NCBI GenBank assembly: GCA_036274315.1
Contig: DASUFY010000243.1
Coordinates: 1,329 to 65,328, forward strand
DNA from: Planctomycetota bacterium
Lineage (GTDB): Bacteria > Planctomycetota > UBA1135 > UBA2386
Length of the DNA stretch: 64,000 bases
Direction of reading: 5' to 3'
In this document: piece by piece, positions 8,083 to 17,991 of the stretch
Layout: every line of letters begins with the position of its first letter
How positions within the stretch are numbered: position 1 is the stretch's first letter
Position numbers and translations under genes: made by a program
Notes under the pieces: model-generated
Told to the model about the DNA's origin: nothing
The model's input: only the letters and a program-made list of their open reading frames with translations
The model's database searches: none

Positions 8083-9345
8083 TCAGCGATCGTCCGCATT
8101 GTTGACGACGGCCATCTCGGCGCTCGTTGCCGCCGTCGCGCCGACGTTGCCGAGCAATGGATCAGCGGAACTCGCGAACGCGCCACAGCCGGGCAGGCCA
8201 CCGGAAGCGTCGATCACGTTGACTGAGATCGCCCCTGACCAGGGGGGATCGAACGTGGTGCAGCGGTCTGGCGAGTCGGCAACGAACGGACTGACTACGG
8301 CAACGGTCCGCTCCGTCGACTGCATGCGCGCAAAGTCGATGAATGCTCCTTCCCCGGAGTCCACCTGAGCTGTCGGGTCGGCGAATGAAAGCGAGCTGAG
8401 GTAGAGATGGCCCGGGACGAGGTTGCTGTAGTGGATCGACAACCGACCGGCTTCATACGAGGTGATCTCCACTGCTGGACAGGCTGCCAGTTCGAGCCTG
8501 CCCGCGCCGCCTGGTCCTTCACCGAGCGTCGTACCCAGTGCGGCAAACGTCGGCACTCGGAACGGCGTCGTGCGCAGCACCCAGGCGGAACAGTTGCGCT
8601 GGCTCGGCAACTCGACAGCGCCTCGCGTCTGATCGCGCAGGTACTGACCGTCGAGCGTGCCGATGACCGCGATCGGCTGACCACTGGAGCCAGGGGCTGA
8701 GTAGATCCTGGCAACCGCAACGCCATCGATGGTCACGTTGCCGTTCGACGGATCGAACAGCGTGTTGTTCAGGAGCACTCCATCGATGACGAGTTGCCGA
8801 GTGTAGGCGCGAAAGCGCAGCACGTCGGAGTTCGCATCGAGCACGGCCGAGCCGTTGCTGTTGCCGGTGAAGGTCCCGTAGGGCCCGGTTTCGGCACCGG
8901 TGCCGCAGGGGGCGTAGTAGTTGAGAACCAGCGTCTGCGAGGACGTGACTCCGCCTTGCAGCACCGAGACCAGCGCGTTACCGAATCCAGTGCCGGTCCA
9001 CACGCTGCGGGGGGCGAGGGCGGCGAGCGTCGACGAATCGACGAGAGTGGTCGTCAACCGGCGCGCGTTGATTCGCCCACGATCGAGCCAGACCTCGGCA
9101 CTGTTGTCGAAGTTCGAGCCGTGCACGGTCAAGGTCACCCCGAGGCCATCGATCGGATTCTCGGCCGGACTCAAAGAGGACAGCTGCACTTCAGGTGGCT
9201 TTGGTGGGGGCGGCGGCGGATTCCCGCTGTTGCCTTTCCTACCCCCGCAGGCCGACGCCACCACGACCAGCACCACCAGCGCCGTGAGCCCGCCGTGGGA
9301 AGCGCGACGAGCCGGGAACGATACACGTTGTTCATGTGCTTGCAT
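8083..9345 (-). CDS. Lipoprotein with an IPT/TIG-like domain
   Basis: Start is the ATG at 9345 (MQAHEQ...). Lipobox VVVASAC, a Pro-rich linker, then an IPT-like segment VQLSSLSPAENPIDGLGVTLTVHGSNFDNSAEVWL. Confidence 0.7.
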   Translation of the reverse strand: MQAHEQRVSFPARRASHGGLTALVVLVVVASACGGRKGNSGNPPPPPPKPPEVQLSSLSPAENPIDGLGVTLTVHGSNFDNSAEVWLDRGRINARRLTTTLVDSSTLAALAPRSVWTGTGFGNALVSVLQGGVTSSQTLVLNYYAPCGTGAETGPYGTFTGNSNGSAVLDANSDVLRFRAYTRQLVIDGVLLNNTLFDPSNGNVTIDGVAVARIYSAPGSSGQPIAVIGTLDGQYLRDQTRGAVELPSQRNCSAWVLRTTPFRVPTFAALGTTLGEGPGGAGRLELAACPAVEITSYEAGRLSIHYSNLVPGHLYLSSLSFADPTAQVDSGEGAFIDFARMQSTERTVAVVSPFVADSPDRCTTFDPPWSGAISVNVIDASGGLPGCGAFASSADPLLGNVGATAATSAEMAVVNNADDR

Positions 9346-9815
9346 CTTGGATCTCTGCTTGGATTCGCCTCCCGAAGAACCGAGGGGGTCGTGGGAAGTC
9401 CATGGAAGAAGTCGGCTGGCAGCGAACGGGCTTGCCGGCAGGCTTCGCATCGGAGCGAACGGAACGATGGACGACGCGCAGCCACCGCAGGAGGCAGAGC
9501 CAGCAAGCGTCGTCAACGTGGCCCGTCGCCACTCCTCGAGCTGCGCAGAATGCAGCCTTTCCTTGCGCAGCAGCTCGCCGATGCCCCCTCGGAAAGCGGC
9601 TCGGCGGCCACCACGACGCCGCAGCTTGTCCTGCGGCGTCCACGAAGCCTTCTTCGTCTCCTGCGACTGGCGCGGGGCATGTTCGAGAGCAGCACCTGTT
9701 CGGTTGGCCGCCTGATCTGCCATGAGGAGACTACCGCGGTTTTCCGCCTGCCGCGAATCCTCGGACTGTCGATAGAATCCGACGTCGATGGGACGACACA
9801 TCCTCGAGTTCCGAA

Positions 9816-10424
9816 ATGAGCGATGAATCCAAGCAAGGCCCTGCCGATGTCAGACGGGTCGAACAGGAGATCGCTGAGTTCCTGGCGCGCAATCGCGCCG
9901 CGCTGCTCGAGCACGCGCGATACTTGGTGCACACCCGACCCGGGATCGACCCCGACGACCTCGTGCAGGCTGCATCGCTGGCCTTCTACCGCTACTGGCG
10001 CGAGCGCGGCGAGGCGATCGTCGACCGTGGCCTACTGGCTCTCGCCAAGCAGTGTGTCGCCACGGCTCTCAACGACGTGGTCAAGTGGCATCAGGCGAAG
10101 AAGCGACCCAAAGCAGATGCGCTGCCATCGTCGAGCCTCGCCCCCGCGGCGCGGCAGACCGGGCCGGTCACTGCCGCGAACCGCAACGAACTGGCGGCGC
10201 GTGTTCGCGCGGCGATGCAGCTGGCGTTCCAGGAACTCGAACCGCTCGACCGTAGCATCATCGACTTGCGCATGGAGGACGAAGACATCCATACTTTCGC
10301 CGCGATCGGGAGCATGCTGGGCATGACCGCGGACGCCGTGCGCATGCGCTACCAACGCGCGATGAAGGCGATCAAGCCGCTGCTGCGCGACTACCTGCAG
10401 GTCGAGGGCCCCGATCAGTCATAG
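9816..10424 (+). CDS. ECF-type RNA polymerase sigma-70 family factor
   Basis: Sigma region 2 (DDLVQAASLAFYRYW) and region 4 HTH (FAAIGSMLGMTADAVRMRYQRAMKAIK). A long Ser/Ala/Pro linker separates them. Confidence 0.85.
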   Translation: MSDESKQGPADVRRVEQEIAEFLARNRAALLEHARYLVHTRPGIDPDDLVQAASLAFYRYWRERGEAIVDRGLLALAKQCVATALNDVVKWHQAKKRPKADALPSSSLAPAARQTGPVTAANRNELAARVRAAMQLAFQELEPLDRSIIDLRMEDEDIHTFAAIGSMLGMTADAVRMRYQRAMKAIKPLLRDYLQVEGPDQS

Positions 10425-10467
10425 GGTCGCCACCGGGCGCCGGACCTCGTGTGCCGCGGCGTCCGAC

Positions 10468-12870
10468 TCACTTGTGGGTGGACGACAACCACATCGCCGG
10501 CCTGACTCCCAAGGTGTTGCTCCTGTCGTCTATCCTCATCGTAGTCCGCGCCGTCACGCGTTGATCGACGACGCGCAACGTGAAGTCGCCACCGCGTGCC
10601 ACGCGGATGGGGTCTCCCGTTCGGACTGACGCGGCGGCGTCTTGCTCGTCGGGTGCGTACCAGGCGTGCTCGTCGTCGCAGAGTTCCAAAACGTTACCGA
10701 TGACGTCGCACAGACCGAAGGCGTTTGGTTGGTACGTGCCGACCCCGGCGTAGAGCGGACAGCGATCGTCGAGGAAGTCGTCGCAGGCAAAGGGCACAAA
10801 CGGCGCCGCGCTCTTGTCGGCTGTGTTGGCGTGGCCAGCGAGGCACTGGGGGTCGCGGCCCCAGGGGTACGGCGTATCGCTGCCCGCGCGCGCCGCATAC
10901 TCCCACTGCGCTTCGGTCGGGAACACCAGGCCGTGGCGCTTGAACAGGCTCTGGCACTGAAGCCAGGAGACATCGTTGACCGGAAAGAGCGGTGTGATCC
11001 CCTTTGTCCCGATCCTGTAGGAGCTCGGATCCGGGCCTTCGGACAACTGCATCCACTGGCTGCGCGTCATCTCGTACTTCGACAACAGGAACGGCCTGGC
11101 CGACATCGCGCGGACCGGGCTCTCGTCAAGGGCGGCGTCGGGGTCGTAGTTGGCGGCGGTGGGACTGCCCTTCTGCGCACCCATTTGGAACGTGCCACCC
11201 GGAATCAACACGAACACGAGTGCGAAGTCATCGGTCAGCTGCAACTCACCGCCGGCATCGCGCGCCGGGACCGTGCCGGAGCGCGCGAACGCGAACTCCG
11301 GCAGACCCGAGGTCGGGTCGCTACCCAGCGGCACGAGCCCGGGGATCGGCGAGAAGTCGACACCGGTGAGTGCGCGCGCTGCGTCGCATGCGCGTCGCCA
11401 AGCGGTGGCATGCTGCGTCACGGTTGCGTCTTCGACCATTCGCGCCCAGGCGGCGTCGCGCCTTGCGGCCTCCACGGCGCCGTTGGGTCCGCCGTGCAAC
11501 GTCAGAGCCTGCAGGAAGGTCGAGGCTGCGGCGTGGCCGCCGCCAGCACCGGCGTTGATCTCCGCGTTGGCGAGACTGCGCAACGGTGCGATCGCGGAGT
11601 CGTAGGTGCGCAGCAACTCGGCCACGTTCTCGATATTGCCAGCAGTGACCGGTTGCAGCTCTGCCAAGGATGCTGCGAGGTCGTCGAGCCGTCCCCTGGC
11701 GGCGAGCAGGCGATCAACTTTGCTGACGGTTGCGGCCTGCTGCCAGGCGATGGCCAATGCAGCCACGGCGAGAGTCTGGGCGACAACGAATGCCGTCAGC
11801 AGCCGATGGCGGTGCACCCATCGCAGGGCGCGCGTCGCGGTCGTGACCGGTCGCGCGCGCAGCGGTTCGTTGCGTAGCCAACGCGAGAGGTCGCGCGCCA
11901 TCTCGGCCGCCGAGCGGTAGCGCTGATCCGGCCGCTTGGCGGTTGCCGTCTCGAGCAGGGCCCGGAGATCGTCGTCGACGTGGCGATTGCGTTGGCGGGG
12001 GTTGGGCAGCGGGTGCCGGCAGATCTGCTCCGGGAGTTCGTAGTCGGTCGCAGCCTGGAACGGCAGATCCAACGTGAGCGCTTCGTAGAGGCTGATGCCG
12101 AGCGAGTAGACGTCGGTATGGGGACCGACACTCTCGCGCTTCGTCAACTGCTCGGGTGCCATGTACGGCAGCGTTCCAGGCGGGCCCCCCGATCCCGTCA
12201 ATTGCTCGTGGTCGTCCCGGTAGTCGCGTGCGATGCCGAAGTCGACGAGCACCGGCGTCACCTCGTTCGTCAGCATGATGTTGCTGGGCTTGACGTCGCG
12301 GTGTACCAGACCCACCGCGTGTGCGGCGTGCAGGGCGAGCGCCAACTGCTCGAACAGGGCAACGGTGTCGCGGCACGCGGTCTCGTCGACGGGCGCGCGC
12401 ATTGCCTTGCCCAAGGTGGCCGCGAAGGTGCGGCGGTCGGCAATCTGCGCCGCCAGCGACTGCCCCGGGAGCAGTTGCATCGCGATAAACGGCACGCCGC
12501 CGGAGTGCCCGGCCTCGTAGATCCGGCAGATGCCCGGATGGTCGAGCCGGGACGCTAGGCGGGCCTCGCGCTCGAAGCGCTGCACCGCAGCCGGCGACCA
12601 CCGCTGGTCGGTCCGCAGCGTCTTCAGTGCCACCTGTCGACCCAGCCGCTCGTCGGTCGCGACATAGACATCCCCCATGCCGCCGGAACCCAGCAAGCCG
12701 TCGATGCGGTAGTGCCCGATGGTCGTGGGTGGCTCGAACGGACCGATCTGGTCACGCGCCGTGCGGATCAGGCGCTCGAGCGATTCGATGCTGCTGGCGT
12801 CGCGGGTTGGCTCGGGGTCGGGTGAGGGTGTGGAGGCAACCATCGGCGCGGCCATCTCAAGAGAGTGCAT
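10468..12870 (-). CDS. Ser/Thr protein kinase with a TM segment and a C-terminal FGE-sulfatase (SUMF1-like) domain
   Basis: Kinase motifs GSGGMGDVYVA...VALK, HRDVKPSNIML, DFGIA. TM segment LLTAFVVAQTLAVAALAIAW. FGE-type motifs GGTFQMG, WEYAARAG, PNAFGLCDVIGNVLE, RVARGGDF. The start is ambiguous (12870 or 12855). Confidence 0.9.
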   Translation of the reverse strand: MHSLEMAAPMVASTPSPDPEPTRDASSIESLERLIRTARDQIGPFEPPTTIGHYRIDGLLGSGGMGDVYVATDERLGRQVALKTLRTDQRWSPAAVQRFEREARLASRLDHPGICRIYEAGHSGGVPFIAMQLLPGQSLAAQIADRRTFAATLGKAMRAPVDETACRDTVALFEQLALALHAAHAVGLVHRDVKPSNIMLTNEVTPVLVDFGIARDYRDDHEQLTGSGGPPGTLPYMAPEQLTKRESVGPHTDVYSLGISLYEALTLDLPFQAATDYELPEQICRHPLPNPRQRNRHVDDDLRALLETATAKRPDQRYRSAAEMARDLSRWLRNEPLRARPVTTATRALRWVHRHRLLTAFVVAQTLAVAALAIAWQQAATVSKVDRLLAARGRLDDLAASLAELQPVTAGNIENVAELLRTYDSAIAPLRSLANAEINAGAGGGHAAASTFLQALTLHGGPNGAVEAARRDAAWARMVEDATVTQHATAWRRACDAARALTGVDFSPIPGLVPLGSDPTSGLPEFAFARSGTVPARDAGGELQLTDDFALVFVLIPGGTFQMGAQKGSPTAANYDPDAALDESPVRAMSARPFLLSKYEMTRSQWMQLSEGPDPSSYRIGTKGITPLFPVNDVSWLQCQSLFKRHGLVFPTEAQWEYAARAGSDTPYPWGRDPQCLAGHANTADKSAAPFVPFACDDFLDDRCPLYAGVGTYQPNAFGLCDVIGNVLELCDDEHAWYAPDEQDAAASVRTGDPIRVARGGDFTLRVVDQRVTARTTMRIDDRSNTLGVRPAMWLSSTHK

Positions 12871-13144
12871 GCTACATCGCGAACGGCGTTGCCAGGAATG
12901 CCGCTGCCGATTGGGTTCGCCGATTCCGGTCGACAGCTGCTCCTCGTGCGCAAGCAACGATTCGTGGCGGTGTTGGATCGGGCATGGCCCGCGCCGGCGA
13001 ACAAGCGAGCCCTTCGCAACCATGCGCCGGCCCCGGCCTGAGTCCCCCTGAAGCCAGCCCAGTGACCGTGCGTTTCCCGCTCGAATCTGTTCGGTCACCG
13101 GGTGACACATCCATCAGAAGCGCGGACAGAACCGCGAGGTAAAG

Positions 13145-15235
13145 ATGAGATGCCATGTCGTGGCCGTATGCAGCTTTCTCACCGTGACGCATGGATGCAG
13201 CAACCGGGGCTCTGCCGCCCCTGCCGCCGAAGCTCAGCAGATCACGATCCAATCCCCGGCCGAAGACGTGCTGGCCGAGCCGGGGGATCGAATCCCGATC
13301 GTGGTGCTAGTCGACAGCCTGAGTCCCTCGTCTCGCCTCGATGTGCTGGCTGACGGCTACACCGCCCACCAGATCGTGATCGCGCGCGGCGAGCAACCGA
13401 AGCTGGAACCGGACGGCAGCGGTCTCGTGAGCATCGAGTGGAATACGCGCGGCGTGCCTAGCGGCAGCTACTCGATTCTCGCCCGCGCGTGCGACGCCAC
13501 TAGCACTAGCGAAACAGTTGTAGCGACAGGACGAGTCTGGTTGGACTACCGCCCGAACGTCCATGTGGACTTCGCCTCCGGATATACCCCGGCGTTCATC
13601 AGTCGCGGCCACCCTGCTTGGAGCGTTGTCGACGTCTACGATCCCGACGACGTCCCGACTCTGAAGCTGTTCTTCGACGCCGATGCCGATCTCACGACGA
13701 CCGCCGATCAGTTCGACGCCGAACTGATCGATCCGTCAGACCGGTTCTTGAAGAGGCTGAGGACGGTCGGATTGCCGATTGGCGAATACTCGCTGTTCGC
13801 GGTGGCCGACGACCGGGTCAACGAGCCGGTCGTGGCGACGAGCGGCACGCGCGTCGAGATCCGCAACTTGGCCGGCGCACTACCGATCGGCGGGCTCGAA
13901 GACGACGGTGTTCGCAGCACCTGCGCGCTGGCCGACGGCTGCCTGGCAACAGGGAGCTTCTCCGGCACGGCAAGCTTCGGTGTGGGGACCAACGGTTTCC
14001 CGGTCACGCGAACGGCCGCTGGCAACAAGGACCTGTTCGTTGCCCGCTACGCATTGGACGGCACCCTCGTCTGGCTGCGGACCGTCGGCGGCATCAACGA
14101 AGACGTGGGCTCCGCAGTCTGCGTCGCCGGTCCGTATTGCTACGTGACCGGTCACTTTTCGAGTCAGGTCACCGTCGGGGCGACAGCGCTCAACGCGCAG
14201 GGAAAAGACGGGATCGTATTGGCCTACGACCTCGACGGCGAGCTGAGGTGGGTGCAGGCCATCGGGGGTGTCGGCCACGATCGTGGGCTGGGAATCGCCT
14301 CGCTCTGGGATTCGCTGGGCGGCTGCGTGGTCGCCGGCAGTATTGCCGGCAGCGCCGTGTTCGGGGCAGGGCAAGCGAATCAGACCACCGTGCAGTCGCT
14401 CGGCAACGACGATGGTTTCGTTGCGCGCTACGACGACCGCGGCGAGTTCCAGTGGGTGCGCACGGTCAGCGGACCAGGCGCGGATGTGGCGACCGCGATC
14501 ACGGCCACCTGGCCCGGCCGACTGTATGTCGCCGGCACGATCGAAGACTCGGCAACATTCGCCGGCGGCGCGCAACCGAGCGCACTGGTTGGTTCGGTCG
14601 GCGGCAAGGATGCATTCGTCGCCGGATACTCTTCGCAAGGAGATCTCATGTGGACGAGGCGCGCCGGAGGGCCGTTCGACGACGATGCCGTTGGCGTCGT
14701 CGCTACCTATGGAATCGGCGTCGACATCGTCGGCAGCTTCACTGGCACGGCGATGTGGTCGGGCCCCTCCGCGTTCGAGGATCGCACGTCGCATGGCGGA
14801 ACCGATGCGTTTGTCGCGTCCTACACGGAAGACGGCGAACTGCTACAGGTGTTGCAGGCGGGAGGGCCGGGCGACGACGTGGCGACGGGGGTGTGGTTCA
14901 CATCCTGTGGCAGAGTCATCGTCGGCTCGTTCGAAGAGTCAGCGGAGTTCGGCGATTCTCCGGACCCGGTAACGTTGGTGTCGGCGGGTGCCAGCGACGT
15001 CTTCCTCGCTTGCTTCAACGGCGACGAACCGGTCTGGGTCGAACGGGCGGGTGGAGTCGGACGGGATGTCACCTACGGCTTGTCCAGCTCCTACAAGACC
15101 GGGTTCCTGACAATCGCGGGCTCGTTCGAAAACACCGCGAGTTTCGGCGTGGGATATCCGCGTCAAACGAGCCTGATCGCAGCCGGAGGCAAGGACGGAT
15201 TTATCGCGTTCGTCAATGCGGATGGTGGTTTTTGA
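13145..15235 (+). CDS. Lipoprotein with SBBP-type beta-propeller repeats
   Basis: Lipobox LTVTHGC. Repeated units of the form DxFVAxYxxDGxLxWxxxxGGxxxDxGxxV...G. Confidence 0.8.
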   Translation: MRCHVVAVCSFLTVTHGCSNRGSAAPAAEAQQITIQSPAEDVLAEPGDRIPIVVLVDSLSPSSRLDVLADGYTAHQIVIARGEQPKLEPDGSGLVSIEWNTRGVPSGSYSILARACDATSTSETVVATGRVWLDYRPNVHVDFASGYTPAFISRGHPAWSVVDVYDPDDVPTLKLFFDADADLTTTADQFDAELIDPSDRFLKRLRTVGLPIGEYSLFAVADDRVNEPVVATSGTRVEIRNLAGALPIGGLEDDGVRSTCALADGCLATGSFSGTASFGVGTNGFPVTRTAAGNKDLFVARYALDGTLVWLRTVGGINEDVGSAVCVAGPYCYVTGHFSSQVTVGATALNAQGKDGIVLAYDLDGELRWVQAIGGVGHDRGLGIASLWDSLGGCVVAGSIAGSAVFGAGQANQTTVQSLGNDDGFVARYDDRGEFQWVRTVSGPGADVATAITATWPGRLYVAGTIEDSATFAGGAQPSALVGSVGGKDAFVAGYSSQGDLMWTRRAGGPFDDDAVGVVATYGIGVDIVGSFTGTAMWSGPSAFEDRTSHGGTDAFVASYTEDGELLQVLQAGGPGDDVATGVWFTSCGRVIVGSFEESAEFGDSPDPVTLVSAGASDVFLACFNGDEPVWVERAGGVGRDVTYGLSSSYKTGFLTIAGSFENTASFGVGYPRQTSLIAAGGKDGFIAFVNADGGF

Positions 15236-15340
15236 CGGTGGCGGTCGGTACGCCGAGGGGTCATCGCGGCCATCGAGCAGTTGATGGTGCACGACACCGC
15301 AGGAGATCCGATGACCGGTTGGCGTCGACGCACAAGACGA

Positions 15341-15490
15341 CCGAGAAGGTTCGCGATCGAGATTCTCACGTGCCCTCGTTGCGGTGGAACGCGCCGACTG
15401 TTCGCGGCGATCTGGGATCCGGCGTCGATCGAGCGGGTGTTGCGAGCGATGGGGTTGCCGTGCGAGGCACGCCGCCACTTGGTGCGCGAA
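15341..15490 (+). mobile_element. Remnant of an IS91-family (Y2/rolling-circle) transposase C-terminus
   Basis: FAIEILTCPRCGGTRRLFAAIWDPASIERVLRAMGLPCEA matches the characteristic C-terminal pattern CPxCGGxMRxIAxIxDPxVIxRILxHLGL. No upstream catalytic part is present, and the rest of ORF 15281..16651 is antisense to real genes. Confidence 0.45.
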
Positions 15491-15514
15491 GCAGGGCGCG
15501 ATCGCGCCCGAGCC

Positions 15515-15922
15515 TCAACGGCCCGCGCCGGCGTCGAGCTCGGGCGGCAGCCGCCGCAGCTTGCCGTCGCGCCCGACGCACGCGAGCTTCGTCGTGCCCA
15601 CCGCACAGACCTCGCCGTCGCGTTCGCGCCGCGCTTCGTAGGCGAGCACGATGGCGGCCTTGCCGGCCTCGGCGATGCGCACGGCGATCGCGACGACGTC
15701 GTCGTAGTCGACGGGCTTGAGGTAGCGACACGAGAACTCGACGACCTGCAGCAGGTTGCCCTCGTCCTCCATCTGCTTGTAGGTCTTGCCGCGCGCGCGC
15801 AACCACTCGGTGCGCGCCTCCTCGAACCAGGCGACGTAGCTGCCGTGGTGCGCGACGGCCATGCGGTCCGTCTCGCAGTAGCGCACGCGCACCCGGTGCG
15901 GCGGTCCTTCGAAGCCGCTCAC
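15515..15922 (-). CDS. 4HBT/YbgC-family acyl-CoA thioesterase
   Basis: HRVRVRYCETDRMAVAHHGSYVAWFEEARTEWLR hotdog-fold signature. The GTG start overlaps the stop of the upstream dehydrogenase (GTGA). Confidence 0.85.
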   Translation of the reverse strand: MSGFEGPPHRVRVRYCETDRMAVAHHGSYVAWFEEARTEWLRARGKTYKQMEDEGNLLQVVEFSCRYLKPVDYDDVVAIAVRIAEAGKAAIVLAYEARRERDGEVCAVGTTKLACVGRDGKLRRLPPELDAGAGR

Positions 15923-16974
15923 GCCGGACCCACCTGGCCGGCGACGGGCCCGCGCGCGAGCCGCTCCTTCGCCAGCTGCAGCGCGAGCACCGACGGCGGC
16001 ACGAGCTCGGCTTCGGCGCGGTCGAGCAGTTCGCCGGCCGTGTCGGCGATGCGCGCCAACCTCTCGGCCCCGACGCGCACACCCTGCAGCCGCCACGTGG
16101 CGCCGACGATCAGCGCGCCCGCGTTGGCGACGAAGTCGGGCACGACGCGCACCGAGCGGCGGTGCAGCACGGTGGCGGCCTCCGCCTCGGCGAAGATGTT
16201 GTTGGCCGCACCGCAGACGCCGCGCGCGGGCAGCGCGGCCGCGACGGTCGCGGTCAACACGCCGCCGAGGGCGCACGGCGCGAAGACGTCGCACGGCGTC
16301 TGCACGATCTGTTCGGCCGGCACGACCGCCGCGCCGAACGAACTCGCAGCGGCGGCCGTGCGCGCGGGCACCACGTCGGCGACGGTGAGCCGCGCGCCGG
16401 CTGCGTGCAACTGGGCACAGAGCTGCATGCCGATGGCGCCCAGCCCCTGCACCGCGACGTGCAGGCCCTGCATCGGCAGCTCCAACCGGGCGGCGAGCGC
16501 GCCGAGCGCCGCCGCGACGCCCGTCGCCGTCGCCGCGGTCAGCTCACCGGGCGTGGGCCCCTCGCCGTCGCCGCCGGCGACGAACCGCGTCTCTTGCGCC
16601 ACGACACGCAGGTCGTCGTCGGTCGTACCGACGTCGGGGCCCGTGAAGTAGCGCCCCCCCAACTGCGCCACGGCGCGTCCGACCAGCCGGTAGGCCGCGG
16701 CGCGGTCGAGGCCGGGCCGGTCGAGGATCACGGCCTTGCCACCGCCCGCCGGCACTTCCGCCAGCGCGCACTTCCAGGTCATCGCCTCGGCGAGCGCGAC
16801 GACGTCGGCGAGCGCCGCCGCGAGCGAGGCATACGGCAGGCGCCGGATGCCGCCGTGCGCCGGGCCGAGGCGCGTGTCGTGCACGGCGACGACCGCGGTG
16901 ACGGCCGCAACCCGGTCTCGCAGCACGAGAACCTGCTCGCAGTCGCTGGCCGCCAGCACGTCGGACGAAGTCAT
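15919..16974 (-). CDS. Glu/Leu/Phe/Val dehydrogenase family enzyme (leucine/valine/phenylalanine dehydrogenase-like)
   Basis: GPAHGGIRRLPY, PAGGGKAVI (catalytic Lys) and the NAD-binding GLGAIG. Only the 3' 1056 nt of the 689-aa ORF are real. Confidence 0.9.
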   Translation of the reverse strand: MTSSDVLAASDCEQVLVLRDRVAAVTAVVAVHDTRLGPAHGGIRRLPYASLAAALADVVALAEAMTWKCALAEVPAGGGKAVILDRPGLDRAAAYRLVGRAVAQLGGRYFTGPDVGTTDDDLRVVAQETRFVAGGDGEGPTPGELTAATATGVAAALGALAARLELPMQGLHVAVQGLGAIGMQLCAQLHAAGARLTVADVVPARTAAAASSFGAAVVPAEQIVQTPCDVFAPCALGGVLTATVAAALPARGVCGAANNIFAEAEAATVLHRRSVRVVPDFVANAGALIVGATWRLQGVRVGAERLARIADTAGELLDRAEAELVPPSVLALQLAKERLARGPVAGQVGPA

Positions 16975-17043
16975 GTCGTTGATTCTGGCACCGGCACGGG
17001 AAAGCGGGAAGGATAGCGACGTTCCGGCTTCCAAACCCCGCCC

Positions 17044-17991
17044 ATGATGCGCCAGCTCGCCGTCCTGCCGTTCCTGTTCGCCGCCTGCGCCTCGTCGAGC
17101 GAACTCAACAAGGTCCCCGCTCCCGAAGCCGAGCAGCACGAGCTCGAGGTGCGCAAGGCCGAGGAGAGGCGGCGCGACATCAACTTCGTGCTCGTGCGGC
17201 TCGACCAGGCGATCGACAGCTACGTCCAGGCGCTGTCCAACCAGGGCGAGATCCGCGCCGACCGGCAGGCCGAGCGGCTCGAACGCTCGATCCAGGACAT
17301 GGTGATGGACCCGGCCGGGCCGGCGCCGGGCGAGAACTACCGCAAGCTGCAGGCCATCGCCACGGACGCCAGCGTGCCGAGCAACCAGGCGATCGCGCTG
17401 GCGGCGCTCGGCTTCTCGGGCCAGCTCGAGGTCATGCCGACGATCCTGCAGGGGGCGCAGCTCAGCGATCCGTTCCGCGTCGACCACGCGGTGCTCGGTC
17501 TCGCGATGCTGCAATCCCCGGCGACGCCGCCCGGCGTGCTCGCGGCGATCATCGAGCGCAAGGAGCATCCCGAGGACGGCCGCGTGCAGGCGGCCTGGGC
17601 GCTCTACCGGATCCAGACCGTCTGCGAACACCCCGAAGACATCGTCGCGATCTGGCGCCACCTGCTGACCGACGAACGCGACACGCTGCCGATCGGCGTG
17701 CTCGTCACGGCCGTGCGCGGCTTGGGCAGCTCGCGCGACGCGGCCAACAGCAGCCTCGTCGCCGGCTTCCTGCGCCACCCGACCCCGCGCCTGCGCATGG
17801 CGGCCGCGATCGCGCTCGCGCGCATGAACGCACAGGACAGGGTCGGCGACCTGATCGAGTTGTTGGGCCCGCAGGAGACCGTGCAGAACGTGCGGCTGCA
17901 CGCGCGCAAGGCCCTGGCGGACCTTGCCGGGGGCGCCGACTACGGCTACGACGTGCAGGCGTGGCGCAAGGCCTTCGACCGCGGGCAATAG
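17044..17991 (+). CDS. HEAT-repeat lipoprotein
   Basis: Lipobox LPFLFAAC. HEAT-like units, e.g. PRLRMAAAIALARMNAQDRVGDLIELL...VRLHARKALADL. Confidence 0.75.
   Translation: MMRQLAVLPFLFAACASSSELNKVPAPEAEQHELEVRKAEERRRDINFVLVRLDQAIDSYVQALSNQGEIRADRQAERLERSIQDMVMDPAGPAPGENYRKLQAIATDASVPSNQAIALAALGFSGQLEVMPTILQGAQLSDPFRVDHAVLGLAMLQSPATPPGVLAAIIERKEHPEDGRVQAAWALYRIQTVCEHPEDIVAIWRHLLTDERDTLPIGVLVTAVRGLGSSRDAANSSLVAGFLRHPTPRLRMAAAIALARMNAQDRVGDLIELLGPQETVQNVRLHARKALADLAGGADYGYDVQAWRKAFDRGQ

Noticed and set aside
10468-11200. FGE/C-type-lectin-fold domain as a diversity-generating retroelement target
   Set aside because: The window has no reverse transcriptase and no template/variable repeat pair with adenine-specific differences.
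13618-15720. 700-aa Arg-rich plus-strand ORF
   Set aside because: It is an alternative frame of the beta-propeller lipoprotein gene (13145..15235), which has clear repeat structure and a lipobox.
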